Positions 27,770 through 41,339 of a stretch of DNA of 64,000 nt are shown here, piece by piece. The notes beneath the pieces were generated by a model. That model worked only from the letters and a program-made list of their open reading frames with translations, had not been told where the DNA came from and did not search any database. Within the stretch, counting starts at the first letter, position 1, and the number at the start of each line of letters is the position of its first letter. The stretch is from Mobula hypostoma. Taxonomy: Eukaryota. Location of the stretch: positions 68,016,001 through 68,080,000 of the forward strand of contig NC_086108.1 in NCBI RefSeq assembly GCF_963921235.1, given 5' to 3'. Position numbers and translations under genes: made by a program.

Positions 27770-28075
27770 GTAGAGTCAAGACCTCATCATTCCACAACCC
27801 AGATTCAATCCTGACCTTGAGTTCTGTCTTTGTGGAGTTTGCATGTTGGGCACAGTTTTTCTCTGGGTGCTCTGGTTTCCTCCTACACCCGTGTGTAGAT
27901 GAATGGTAGGATCCTCGTGTTGTATTGAGAGTTTCAAGTTCCTAGGAGTGAACATCACCAATAGCCTTACTTGTTCAACCATGTAGATGCCACAGCCAAG
28001 AAAGCTCATGTAAGAAACGGACATAAGAATAAAATACGATTCAAGATAAGTCTAAATAGATACTTGATTGGCAGC
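27770..28075 (+). mobile_element. tRNA-derived V/HE1-like SINE
   Basis: B-box-like GATTCAATCCTG and the V-domain GTGGAGTTTGCATGTT...GGGTGCTCTGGTTTCCTCC. Confidence 0.65.
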
Positions 28076-28088
28076 ACAGATTCAGTGG

Positions 28089-28226
28089 ACACACATCAAA
28101 GTTGCTGGTGAACGCAGCAGGTCAGGCAGCATCTCTAGGAAGAGGTGCTTCCTGGCCTGCTGCGTTCACCAGCAATTTTGATGTGTGTTGCTTGAATTTC
28201 CAGCATCTGCAGGATTCCTGTTGTTT
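28089..28226 (+). mobile_element. Penelope inverted-pLTR insertion with 13-bp TSD
   Basis: Same family as 16332. TSD ACAGATTCAGTGG at 28076-28088 and 28227-28239. The hammerhead-containing centre is absent. Confidence 0.85.
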
Positions 28227-29649
28227 ACAGATTCAGTGGGCCAGTTTCCACACTGTATGAACTCAGATTCAAGTGAATAGGCAATTACATATTTTTAGGT
28301 CTGTACCAATAACTTTATTCTCAACACTTAGGTTTAAAATAGAAAAATGCTGAACGATCCCAAAACACCAGCAATGACAATTTCAGGGAGCAATCCCAAT
28401 AGTATGGCAAGTGCAAAATGGGTGGCAGTAAGGTTGCTGCCTATTTTTTACTGTCCCCATGGTCTGCTCTTTATCAAATTAAGGTATTATTTTGCAATGT
28501 TGCAACTAAATGTTATAATTATGTGGTTTTGTCAGTTTTAGTCTTGGTTTGTCCTGTGTTTTCTTGTGATATTATTCTAGAGGAACATTGTATCATTTTT
28601 TAATGCAAGCATTTCTAAATGACAATAAATGAGGACTGAAGTCCTCATAATCATAATCATAATCATTTTGATGGCAGCTGTCAAAACCTCCAACTCCTCT
28701 TGTCATTTCTCTCAGGTCACATCCTTCTTCCTTGGTTTTCCATTTAATATCACTATATCCCCGTTCTCTGGATTACAGCACAGGTATTTATAGTTCTAAG
28801 GTCTGCACATTTCTACTAATCTTTTCAAGAGTCACTCCTATATACCATTCTATCTCTTCTGTGGTACATAATGCCATTAATTGGATAACACGGGACAAGG
28901 AAACTCAAAAACCATAGTCCTCATTCAAACCAACAGGTAAGTTAAGTAGGATAGATACAAGTTGAGGATTAGGCAAGGAATAAAATTGAAAAAGAAGTTT
29001 CATAAATCATTGCACTCAGTCAAATGGAAAAGGAAGGCCTGGAGATGAGAAGCCAACTAAAACTACAAAGGTTAAGACAATAGGTTGGCAGTTTAACCAA
29101 ACATTTAGGGATATTAAGTCTATGAGAGAGCCTGGCAATTTTGAGCTGCATTCTCAAGTGTGCTAACAGCTAATGTTCAGAGTTTCCATGTGATCACAGC
29201 CTTTCCTTTCTCCTTAGTATTTTAGGAAGAAAAGCCCGAGGAAGGGAATCTCAAAGAGGTCTCAGAAATCAAACACTCAAAATCTCCAGTTTTGAGCATA
29301 TCAAGTTTTCAGAAGTATTATGCAGACTTATACTAGTTTATCTAAAGTTATTAGGGTTCAGTGCCTGCAATTATTATTTAGATTTTAGATTATCATTCAC
29401 ATAAATTTTGTCTGGGTGGTTTTAATGTTCTTTAATGCAAGATTAAGGGAGTTGTGCAGGTTGAAAGTAAGCCCATTATTTCAGACTGGCTTTGTGCAAA
29501 TTTACAAAACAAGAAATAAAGCAATTTAACAGTCTGTGCTGTTAACTCACTTCTTATTCTGCCAAATGTAGAGGTGGCTCTCCTTTCCCTACTGCTTGGT
29601 TGTTGGAAACAAATCATTTCAGCCTCAGTCTCTTTGCTGCAGGAGTTTT

Positions 29650-29890
29650 GTTTTATTTTGTTTAGAGATAAAGCACAGTAACAGTGCCTGCCTGCCCAAC
29701 AAACCTGTGCCACCCAAGTACACCCATATCCCAAATTAACATGCTAACTGTATGCCTTTGCAATGTTGGAAGAAATCAGAGCACCCGGAGAAAACCCCCA
29801 TGGTCACAGGGAGAACGTACAGTCTCCATACAGACAGCAGCAGAATTGAACCCAGGTCACTGGCACAGTAATCGCTTCACACTACCATGC
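29650..29890 (-). mobile_element. V/HE1-like SINE
   Basis: Reverse complement of the V-domain (AGCACCCGGAGAAAACC...GGGAGAACGTACAGTCTCCATACAGACAG) and an A-rich tail on the minus strand. Confidence 0.65.
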
Positions 29891-30929
29891 AACCCCAGGA
29901 ACGTTAGCAGATCCAACTATCTTTAATGATATTGCGATTGATCATTCTAATGCTGATGGCTATAGTCTTCAGATCGATTCGGAAAGCTTCAGATAAAGGA
30001 ATCTGTGCCCACGAGCAACAAATCTTTGAATTGACCTCATGTGCAAAACATTTATGTACAGTGTAACCCTTAATCCTATCTACGTCAGATTTCTTTTAGT
30101 CCTTTTTCAGAATATTCCAAAGGGATATTCATTCTTCTCTCCAATACTAACCTTCAAATCATTCAAGCACATATTTTAGTTGGCTTCTCTATCACGTATG
30201 TCAAGTGACATTCATCATAATCGTAAAATAAGATCCCTTTTCCTTAATCAGTTATCCCTTCTTTACTAGTGAATCCCTTGTTCTTTTCACTATCAATAGA
30301 TGTAGTGGAAACTAGAATCTTTGGCTCTTTGAGGCATCTCTCCATTAAATCTTTCACCTGCCCCATTTTGCTGTGTTCTCTTGCATATGGGATTCAATTT
30401 GCCACTCAGAGCTCCGAGACATATCTGCATCAGAGAATTTCCATTCCCACAATTATAGGCTCCTTTAAAACTACACTTTTCCTGGTTCCTTCTCTCCTTA
30501 ATTCAGATAGTTATTTTCTGCATTTAATCTTGAAATTGCCCCAGGCCGCAACCTGCTGATCCATCAGTGCTGTCCATCTCAAAGACAAGGGACCAATATC
30601 TCTGTTACATACTTCTAAAAGCTCAGAGATCCTTAACCATTTGAAATATTATTTGATCCTAATAACTCTTAAGGTCAGTCAAATACTCCATCCTCTAGTG
30701 GACGTTCAGTCAATAAAATGACAATCAGCGCTTGTGTTCTAGAACATTTCTCCCAGTTAAATATTCTGCACTGTTAGCCAAACATTTCACCAAATTTGAT
30801 AATAATTAGCTAGAGAATTAGAATTACATTGATGTATACAAATACTTATATTTAACTTAGAAGCACAAACTTGCATAAATTTAAGCATTTTTGTTGTTCA
30901 GGACATTGAAAGATAGGTCGATAAATAGG

Positions 30930-31445
30930 TTAATACTTTATTGATCCTAAAGGAAATTACCGTGTCACAGCTGCATTACAAGTGCACAAATATACAAATA
31001 TACAGATATTAGAAGAGAAGTAAGGGCGAATAAAAAATAAGTTACCTCAAATAGTTTAACAGGAGGGAATCATCACATCCCCGGCTATAGGTTGACTCAT
31101 TATAGACCATATTGACTGAGAGGAATAGCACTCTTTGGAGCAGGACAGTTAACTTAGTCTATTACTAAACGTGCTCCTCTGTTCAGCCAAGGTGGCATGC
31201 AGGTGGTGAGAAACATTGTCCACAATTGCTAAGATTTTCCGTAAGGTCGTTTGTTCAGTCACAGCCTCCAGTGTGTCCAGTCTGACCCCTATAACAGAGC
31301 CAGCGTTTCTAATCAGTTTGCAGATCCTGTTGGCATTACCCGTGTTGATGCCATTGCCCCAGCACACCACTGCGTAGAAGATTGTACTGGCAACAACAGA
31401 CTGCTAGAACATGTGGAGGAGAGGCCTGCAAACTCCAAAGGACCT
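30930..31445 (-). mobile_element. Rex1/Babar-type LINE 3' fragment (different family)
   Basis: ORF 31149..31370 (VCWGNGI...NRICKLIRNAGSVIG...NVSHHLH) and a minus-strand AATAAA near 30937. Confidence 0.75.
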
Positions 31446-34400
31446 TATAAGCAAATTCTTAACCTGAATCTACTTTTAATTAAGGTATGAGGTGTCTGTT
31501 GTTAGTATGCCAAACATAGTTTTTAGAGGCTTTACGTATATCAGATCCTCATATTGGTAACTTCTAGAACCACCAGTGGATTTAGTATTCAGCCATATAG
31601 AAGGTGGTCAAATATGCCAATAATCTATCTCCAGCATATTTCTAATTTCTGCATTTCAAGGCAGATATATCTTGTTTTGATCATGCTAATTGAGTAATAA
31701 ATGTTGAATAGGGCTGTAAGATTATTCCTTTATCTGAAATACTGAGATAGATCTTTTGTGTCCACTTTAGAACTAATAGAGCCTTGATTTAATATTTCAA
31801 TCGTAAAACGGCACTTTCAATAGTGCAGCATTCCTTTAATATTGCACCTAACCATTAAGTTTTTGCTGAAAGTCATGGAGGCTGTAAAAGGCTTAAGTGG
31901 AGAAGATCTCACTCTGCTTTATTTCTTCACTCCCAGTCCATACACTTACCATCGAAGCACCTGTCCCCAGTTTCCTACAGTGCAATTTGACCAGATTTCT
32001 TGCCAGGAAAACAATATATAATGATTTACTATCTAGCTCAGTTTTCTATTGCAGTTATAAAATAACTACAAAATATTATAGAACTTCACCAGAGGAGGAA
32101 AAAATATATAAATTAAATGCTTTAAATTTTGCACTGCTTTGGATTCTCAAAAATATAGCGAATTACACTGAAGCATTTTTCTTCCTGTACATCAAGAAGT
32201 GGAAACTTGAGGTTAATATCCTTGCGTTATGCTGGATATTTTTAATCCCTTCTTACATTCCAGACCAATACACCAAAAATATTAGAAAGTGGAAAATAGC
32301 AAATAAAATCGCCCATTACAACTTCCCTTTAATGGATGACATACAATTTGTAATGTCTCATATTCTATACAGTTACAATATTATGAATCCTTTTCAATTT
32401 ATTTTTCTCTTCTGAGTATATTGAATAACCCACATCTTCCAAGAAGATACTGAAAAATGAAATTACATTACATGCTTAATGAAAAATGAATAAAGCAAAA
32501 TATCTAGGATATCAATCTTAAATTACAACTTACATATAAAACTGTCACTGCAAACCAAAGATAACCAACTCCTTTACAGTTTCAGGAGCAGATGAACAAT
32601 AATTTTCTGTAGAATATCTGATCATTTGTCTGTTATTATTCTTATAACATACAAACAAATTGATATAGCATTTCAAAAAGTAAACTAATATAGTAAAAAT
32701 TGATTTTGCTGAAAGCTTACTTATGCTCATAATAAATAATAACTTACATTTATATAGCACCTTTCACATCAAAATACCTAAGTATTACTCTGGTTTCACA
32801 TATAATAAAACTAAAAATGTTTGAAAGATTTTCAAACGTTAATTGATTGTAATTGTAAATATTGGTATACAGTGAAAATTGATATTTTCAATATATTTCA
32901 TAGAAGTATGCTAAGAATTCAACTACTTATTGAAACAATAGTTTAAAAGTATGACACATATCTGTATATTGGGAAGAAAGTCAGTTGTTGACTGTTTCTA
33001 AAAGCTTTATGAAGGGAAAGAACAATTGCACTATTTTGTCCATAATGGTGGGACGTGATGGTCATAGACTGATACCGATTTACAGTATTACATTTGTCAT
33101 TTACCCTGGAGAAGTTAAAGCATGGATTTCTATGTTCATCATGTGTAAGCCCATTAACCATGCGATAAGAGTAAGAAGTATTTATTGAATCTAATTGCCT
33201 ATCTAAGTATTTGGTAAAGTGAAGATTCAAACTAGCAAAGCAGATTTTATCTGCCATGAGACATTCCAAGTGCATCTAACAGCAGTGCTGTCCAACCAGT
33301 TAATAAAGGCTGAAAACGAGTTGATTAGATTTTCAAGAGGCCAGAAGATTTGGAAGTGATCACTTTGATCGGTGTTGATTGACATCTCCTACCCATTTTG
33401 TGCTCTTGCAGCACAAATCCGCATAAATGAATATCTAGCTCATGTATTAGATTACAGAGTTATTATTTGTTATCATTTTGTGTTTGCCAAATGCTCGTAG
33501 AGTTAAGCTAGAATCAATTGCTTAGGAGACTGTACTGATTAACTTTCAAATTCTTGCATTCACACCATAGTTTGCTTTTCCAGACATAGTAAGTTTTATT
33601 AAAAATAGCAGACACAATAGTCCATTAATACAAAACTAATATCCCGAAAATTCCCCAGTGATTCCTATTTTTCTGTCCATTAATCATTCATTAGTGGCTC
33701 ATGTCAAGATCCACTGCCCTTTATTTAATCCATTTGTATCCTATTTGTAGATAATCAAAGATTAAAGATTATTAAAGATGAAAGATAATTGAAGATCACC
33801 AGATCTCTCTCTTCCCCACCCCCTCACCTTTACTTCTAGACATGGTTAGATATGCCAGCTTCAATATGATTGGGCAATAGTGCATACTCTACTGTTCCTC
33901 AGTAAGTTTTCTAGTCATCATTTACTGGTGTACAATCTCTGATCAGCAGAGCAGAGCATGGAGTGGCTGTGCTAACTGATGCCTATTTGCAATCACTCCA
34001 TCCTCTTGCTGATGAACCAATATTACTCCAAACTGAATAATATTTAAAAACCATAAGAACAGGTATCACCAACAAGCACCCAGTAACACCATTATTGATG
34101 ACAATGGCCAAGTATTGAGTAGCAAAGCTGCCATGTTTGCAACAGAAGCAACACAGTGAAAACCATTCTTAACTTCATCCTCATCAAGCTATCTCTCAGA
34201 AATTAAATTATCAATGATAGAATTAGTATGAATGACCTATGCCAATGCATAGTATCTATAAAGGTGAAATCCAATCACTTTATTGAGGACAAATGCCATT
34301 GTGTTGTGTGACATTATCATACTAATAGGATAGATTTAGAAGAAAACAAATCACCCATGAGATTTGTGAGCCATAAGGAGATGCAGCAGTATTACATTCT

Positions 34401-35599
34401 ACCACAATCTGTAATTCTGTAACACAGCAGGACGTATACTCTACCACTACAGTCAATCTAGGAGACGAGTTCTGCATCAATGTGTGACATAGATGAGTTT
34501 TCTAGGGGCACTACCAAGGATAACTAAAATTAGGCGCCAACTGCTGAAGCTAAAGCTTCAGATTCAGTGGGATTACAGCAGGATTAGCGCACACGACTTC
34601 TTGATGCTCATGTGGGCTCAGTCAGCCAGTTTCCATGTCGTAAAGTTCTATGACTGTTTGACTCATTGTTTCCAAATATGCTAAAAGCCAGATACAGGCA
34701 ATGCCAAGGGATAGCTTCAGTCCTGTCACATCCTGACATGAGTGATGAAGATCAATTCATGGCAGGAGGAGGCTCCTGAAGATCCATATCCTCAGTTATG
34801 GTAGAACCCAGAAAGAGACAGCTGCGCGTGCTTCAGCCTTGCTTTTTGCAATCCTCATCCAGCTGTGCCAAGTGTACACATATCACACCCTAAACTAGAC
34901 TTCAGCCAATTTGATTTACTTCATTAAATATCAAGAAACTGCTTAGTATATTGGATACAGCACATGCTGTTGACCCCACAGAGCTGCACAGCTTCTTCTG
35001 TTATCCTCTGTCTTACAAGATCACAGGTTGTGGTGGAATATATTCCTGCTATTTCCTCTAGCCCATGAGTGTCCTGGATGTTTGCTGGATCTGTTCTAAA
35101 TTTACCTAATTTAGCTTGATGGTGGTGTTACAGAACACACCGGAACTTGAGCCAGCCAGTCGACGTGACCACCATGTGGTTATTTGCACTCATCACATCA
35201 TGAGATTAAAATGATTACCTGTGCACAAATTTCCTACAGTCCTTGAGGAATAATTCAGGATTTGAGTCTGAGGAACGGTGAGAGTCACTCCAGTGAACAA
35301 GGGAACCTTTGAATTTCCTGGAGGGAATTATCACAGCTTTAAAATTCAAAAATATACAAATGAGTGACTAAATGGAAGGGAAGTACAGGCACAACAGGAA
35401 TCTTCCAGGAATATGTTACTAGGGAATTATTTTTTAGAGAAAAACAAACAATAACTGTTAATAAAGCAGCAAAAAATGATTTGGAGGAGTACTGCCTATA
35501 TGCTGCAGATTAAAGGACATCACTGAAGTACAGAATATTTTGCAGGTGGAAAGGGAACAGATGGTAAACAACGACGTGGCTTAGAATAGGATAGAGGTT

Positions 35600-36365
35600 C
35601 TAATCAACTCAGTCGCTCCTTTTATGGCAAAATCAACACCTCTAGGACCAGTTCAGTGAACCTTTGCTGCACTCTCTAAATGGCACATATATCCTCTCAT
35701 AGAGAAGGAGACCAACATGGTTCATAATATTCCAACTATGGTCTCATCAATGATTTGCTATGGGGATTGAATTTAAAGGGAGGGAGGTAATGCTGGAATT
35801 GTTAAGAATACTGGTGAGGCTCCACATGGAGTACTACATGCAGTTTCTGGTCTACTTACTTGGGGAAAGATGGAGATGGTGCAGAAGATGTTCAACAGGT
35901 TGATTTGGGAGTTGAAAAGGTTAGTCTATGAGGAAAGGTTGAATCGCCTTGGACTATACTCGCTGGAATTCAGGAGAATGGAATGGGATATTATAGTAAC
36001 ATATAAAATTGTGAAGGGGAGAGGTAAGAAAGTTGTTTCCACTACTAAGTGAGACTAGAGCTAGCAGACATAGCCTCAAGATTTGGGAGAATATATTTAG
36101 GATGGAGATAAGAAGAAACTGCTTTTCCCTAAGAGTAGTGAATCTATGGAAGTCTCTGCCCAAGCAAGCAGCAGTTTACTTTATCAAGTATACTTAAGAC
36201 CCGGTGAGATAAATTTTTGCATCACAGGGGACTTACGGGTTATGGGGTAAAGATAGGTAGGTAGACCTGAGTCCACGACAAGATCAGCCATGATATTATT
36301 GAATAGCAGAGCAGGCTTAACAGGCCTGATGGCCGACTCTTGCTTAATTTCTTATGTTCTTATGC
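35600..36365 (+). mobile_element. CR1 3' fragment preceded by an inverted CR1 piece (about 35600-35750)
   Basis: ORF 35870..36052 (YEERLNRLGLYSLEFRR) and a TTCTTATG tail. The upstream segment matches CR1 in antisense. Confidence 0.75.
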
Positions 36366-37224
36366 TATACCACTTTGTGTGTCTTTATCTGTAATGTCAT
36401 TCTGTTTATTTTTTGTCATCTATTATGTATATTTTGTATTAATTTTAGCTTGGTCTTCTCTAATGCCAGGACGAAGCCCAAAGTAAACACATATTCTGCC
36501 TAGACAGTCTACAACCCAATGGCATAAATATTGGGTTTTCCAATTTTAGGTATTCCCACCTCCCACCATTCTCCTCTTCTCATGATCCTCTAGTACTCCC
36601 ATTTTTGACCCATAAAAAGCTAATCTTTAGGACATTTACACCCTGGGTATGCATGACCATGTGACTATGACACTAATCTTAAATCTGATTTTGTAGAACT
36701 CGTAATAGAATTGATTATCTATATTTTTAAGTAAACTGTTCAATTTTTTTTGTCTTAACGCAGTTAAAGCCCTGCTGAGATGACTTACAACACTTGATTA
36801 AACATTATGAAGAATTATCAAATGAACAGATGCTAAGACTTAAATCCAATCATTATCCTAATTATCTTTTCCAAGAAGTTGCATATTTTCTTTCTACATT
36901 TCTTTATTAGCAGTGCTATGATTATTACAGTTATACTTTAAAAAACTATTTATATAGAACTTTATTTTCTACTTTGCTCAGCAAACTCTAGCAATTTTGA
37001 ACACCAAAGAATAAATAAGATAGTCATTTGTAGGGCAATAATGATAATTACTGTAATGAAAAAAACACTAATAATGAGCTAAATCTGTAATTCATGTAGC
37101 CTTTTATGGATTATATTTTGTACATACTGTATAGCAGTGGCAATAAATGTCAAATAACTTTAGTCTAGTCTGATAGATATGAAAGAGATCAGGTGGGATA
37201 CCCATTTTTCACCCTGTGCAATTA

Positions 37225-37570
37225 AAACATAGAACATTGAACAGTACACCATAGGGACAAGTCCTTCAACCGTGATGTCTGTGCCAATGACGATGCCAAT
37301 CCAGACTAATCCTACCTGGCTACACATAGCCAATATCCTTCCATTCACTGTCCATGCAGGTGCCTGTCAAATAGCTCTTTAAATGTTGCTATTGTATCTG
37401 CTTCCACCACCTCCACAGCAGTACATCCTGATAACCACTACTCTCAGTAAAAAAAAAATCAAATTAATCTCCTTTAAATTTTCCCTTCTCAGTTTAATGC
37501 TAGGCTCTCTGCTATTTAGCATTTCTGTCCTGGAAAAAAAGATTGTCTAACCTATCTATGCCTTTCATAA
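37225..37570 (-). mobile_element. CR1 3' tail
   Basis: AACATAGAACATTGAACAGTACA start, antisense of a CR1 3' UTR. Confidence 0.6.
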
Positions 37571-37580
37571 TGTTACATAT

Positions 37581-37953
37581 GGTTTGTTTGTTGATCCTGG
37601 AGGTTAGGTCACAAGCGTTTCATCACCAGTTGAGGTGACATCATCAATGTACAATTGCGTGTTGTTTCTACTGTGTGCTCACATTTATATTAGTCTGATT
37701 TGTTGATCCGGTTGGCCGGATCAGCTCTCCGGCTGGCCAGGACCCAGACGAGACTGGTGGTCACCATGACAGGCAACCAATCAGAGCGACAAGTTGGACC
37801 AAAATAAATGCAAGCACTCGGCGGAAACAACATTCTGTGCTGATAATGTCACCTCAAATGGTGGTGAGATGTTTGCGACCTAACCTCCAGGCTCAGCGAA
37901 CAACCCTATAAACCAGCAGCCAACCTGAGCTACCAATCTTCTCTTTCACTTCA
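37581..37953 (+). mobile_element. Second Penelope family, inverted pLTR with TSD
   Basis: Imperfect inverted arms of about 140 bp (37581-37905). The minus-strand arm reads TGATGA TGTCACC TCAACT GGTGAT GAAAC. TSD AATGTTACATA / AATGTTATATA at 37569-37579 and 37954-37964. Confidence 0.7.
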
Positions 37954-37969
37954 AATGTTATATACAATA

Positions 37970-38390
37970 CACTCAGTGGCCACTTCATTAAGTATCTCAT
38001 GTTCAAGATCTTCTGCTGCTGTAGCCCATCCATAATAAGGTTTGACATGTGGTACATTCAGGGATGCTCTTCTGCACATCCCTGTTGTAACGTGTGGTTA
38101 TTTGAATTACTGTCACCTTCCTGTCAGCTTGAACCTGTCTGGCCATTCTCTAACCTCACTCATTACGAAGGTATTTTCGTCCACAGAAATCTACCCACAG
38201 AATTTTTTTTGTTGTTTTTCAAACCACTTCCCGGTAAATGCTAGAATCTAGAGCATGAAAATCCCAGGAGATCAACAGTTTCTGAGATACTTAAACCACC
38301 CATCTGGCACCAACAATTATTTCACAGTCAAAGTCACTTAGATCACATTGCTCCTCCATTCTGGAGTTTGGTCTGAACAACAAATGAAGT
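37970..38390. mobile_element. Truncated copy of the non-autonomous Tc1 element
   Basis: TA followed by CACTCAGTGGCCACTTCATTAAGTA; colinear with 21792-22250. Confidence 0.8.
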
Positions 38391-38489
38391 TCAAGTTCAT
38401 TGTCTTCTGACTGTACACACACATATATATATATAAAACCAAATGGAACAAAATTCAAAACAGGACCTAGTGCTTTCCAAGCATATATG

Positions 38490-38850
38490 ACAAATAAACT
38501 CTTCTTGGGCTTCCAGCCAGGTACAGGTATTGATTATAAATGACAATTCGATGACAAACTCTGCCGTCTTCATCAGCGATGATGCCTGGTCATGACTAGT
38601 CTGGTGGTATTTATACCCCTGTAGTCTGTTTCCACCCCCCCACAAATGGTTAGATATCATCCAATCAGGTTTCCGCTCTCCCACCTTGTTTACATAGAAT
38701 TCCAGTTCTTTCTTAGAGTGAGACCTTCATCATTGTTAAAATTCTTTTCTTCTAGTTTTATTTCAATGGTTTCCTTTACCCGGCGGTCCCAAAAGCCATT
38801 GACACAGCACAGTAGTTTTGTGCTGTCAAAGACCAAGCTTGAAACTATAG
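38490..38850 (-). mobile_element. Third Penelope family: GIY-YIG C-terminus and pLTR
   Basis: The minus strand translates as FDSTKLL...FWDRRVKETIEIKLEEKNFNNDEG, followed by the hammerhead-like CTGATGAAGACGGCAGAGTTTGTCATCGAAT. Confidence 0.7.
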
Positions 38851-39169
38851 AAACAAACAGGCCAAGTGGTCATGGAATCACCCTTGTCACCAACTAACAG
38901 GGATCAATATTGTTTTGGGCAGATCTGCTAGACCTGTTGGGGAGTGTCAGGGGAATGGGAACTGGAAAGATAGGGCTGAGGATGGGGCAGTTGGTATCCA
39001 GGTCGATGCAGTGTCTAGTAAGACAAGGAGGATGGATAGGCAGATGACAGGGCAAAATCTGCAGCCAGTGGGATGAGGTGAAGTGTAACATGGGGACAAA
39101 ATCAAAAAGAGTGATGAATATAGGACAGAAGGTGGTATATTTGAATGAAGGCAACTAAAAAAATAAGAA

Positions 39170-41000
39170 GAGAAAAGATGTAATATGAAGTTTAGCTAGC
39201 CAGAAATATCAAAGAGGTTGCCAAATGTCTTTTCAGATAAATAAAGAGCAAAAGAGAAGTGAGAGTGAATATTGGACCGCTGGAAAAATTGCTGGAGAGG
39301 TAGGAATGGCGATCAAGGAAATGGCCATTCTAAATAAGCATTTTGCGTCAGCCTTCACTAGCAGTATGGCAGGGCAAAAGTGGGCGTAGTTGTTATTACA
39401 AAGAAGGTGCTAGAGAAGCTGAAAGATCTGAAGGTAGATAAGTTACCTGGGCCAGATGAATGACACTCCTGGGTTTAAAAAGAGGTAGCTGAAGAGATTG
39501 TGGAGGCATTAGTAATGATCCTTCAAGAATCACCAGATTCTGGAGTAGTTCCAGAAGACTGGAAAATTGCAAATGTCACTCCATTCTTTATGAATGGAGA
39601 GTAAGTAGCAGAAGAAAGGAAATTGTAGGCCAGTTAGCCTGACTTCAGTGGTTGGAACAATGTTGGAGTCCATTATTAAGGATCAGGTTTCGGGGCATTC
39701 AAAGGCACGTGATAAACTAGGCCAAAGGCAGCATGGTTTCCATGAGGGGAAATCTTGCTTGGCACATCTGTTGGAATTGTTTCAGAAATAACAGACAGGA
39801 TAGACAAAGGAGAGTCAGTGGATGGTGTTTACTTGAATTTTCAGAAGACCTTCGACAAGGTGCTGCTTAAAAAGTTAAGAACCCATAGCATTACAGGAAA
39901 GATGCGAGCATGGAAGGAGCATTGGCTTACTGGCAGGAGGCAATGAGTGGAAGTTTAGGGACCTATTCTAGTTGGATGCTACTGATAAGTGATGTTCCAC
40001 AGAGTCAGTATTGCGATCACTACCTTTTACACTATATGTCAATGATTTGGATGAGAGATCCGATGGCTTTGTGGCCAAGTTTGCAAGACAATACAAAGAT
40101 GGGTGGAGGGGCAGGTAGTGCTGAGGAAGCAGAGAGTCTGCAGAAAGACTTGAACAAATTTGGAGAATGGCAAAGAAGTGACGGAAGGAATAGAGTGTAG
40201 GGAAGTGTATGGTCATGCAGTTTGGTAGAAGGAATAAAGGTGTAGATTATTTTTTAAACAGGAATTAAATTTAAAAATCAAAGGTGCAAAGGGACTTGCG
40301 AGTCCGTGTGCAGGATCCCTGAAGGTTAACTTGCAGGTTGAGTCAGTGGTAAGGAAGGTAAATGCAATGTTAGCATTAATTTCAAGAGGACTAGAGCATA
40401 AGAACATAAATCTGATCCTGAGACCTTGTAAGCATTTGTCAGACTGCATTTGGAGTTTTGTGAACAGTTTTGGCCTCTTGTCTAGGAAAAGATGTGCTGG
40501 CACGGGAGAGAGTCCAGAGAAGATTCACAAGAATTATTTCATGAATGAAAGGGTTAATATATGAGGAGCTCTTGATGGCTCTGGGCCTTTACTCTCTGGA
40601 GATTAGAAAATGAAGGGGATCTCATTGAAACCTATTGAATTTTGAAAGGCCTAATAATAGTGGAGGTGGATAGTATGTTTCTTATAGTTGCTGAGTCTGG
40701 GATCAGAGGGCACAACCTCAGAATAGGGGGAAGTCCATTTTGAACAAGATGCTGAGGAATTTCTTAAGCCAGAGAGTGGTGGGTCTATGGAATTCATTTC
40801 CACAGATGGCTATGGAGTCAAGGTCATTGAGTGTATTTAAAGCAGAGATTGATAGGTTCATGGTTAATCAGGGTATCAAAGGTTGTGGCAAGAAGGCAGA
40901 AGAATACAGTTGAGAGAGACCATAAGTCATAAGCCATAAATGGCAGAACAGATTTGATGAACCAAATGACCTAATTCTGCCCCTATGTCTTATAGTCTGA
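39170..41000 (+). mobile_element. CR1 RT region, decayed
   Basis: DWKIANVTP, GESVDGVYLNFQKTFDKV, and a 3' tail TATGTCTTATAGTCT. Confidence 0.9.
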
Positions 41001-41339
41001 CAATTTTTGTGACAATTTTTGATAATTTTGTGTTATCTGTAAACCTACTCATCAGACTATCTATATTTTGTTTTAAACATATATACATACCAAACAACAG
41101 ATACCTAGGACTGATTTTTGCAAAACATCACTGGTCAGATCTTCAGTCAGAATTAAAAGCCTCCATCTCTATATTCTCTCTTCCAAGTCTCTATAGATTC
41201 CAAAATGGTTTAATTTTCTGGATCAGTATTCAATGAGAACCCTTTCTGTACTGAAGAAAACGTAAACAACAACAATCTTCCTATTGCTCTATAGTCATCT
41301 TTGTCAATGTTCAAAAAAGCTCAATTAGATTTGTAAGAC

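Noticed and set aside
28716..28936. Plus-strand segment with good splice sites; similar ones near 21400-21533 and 36763-36880
   Set aside because: Each has in-frame stops and no recognisable homology, so neither an exon nor a pseudogene can be supported.
31897..32415. 172-aa plus-strand ORF
   Set aside because: AT-rich, GTG start and no recognisable domain; likely chance.
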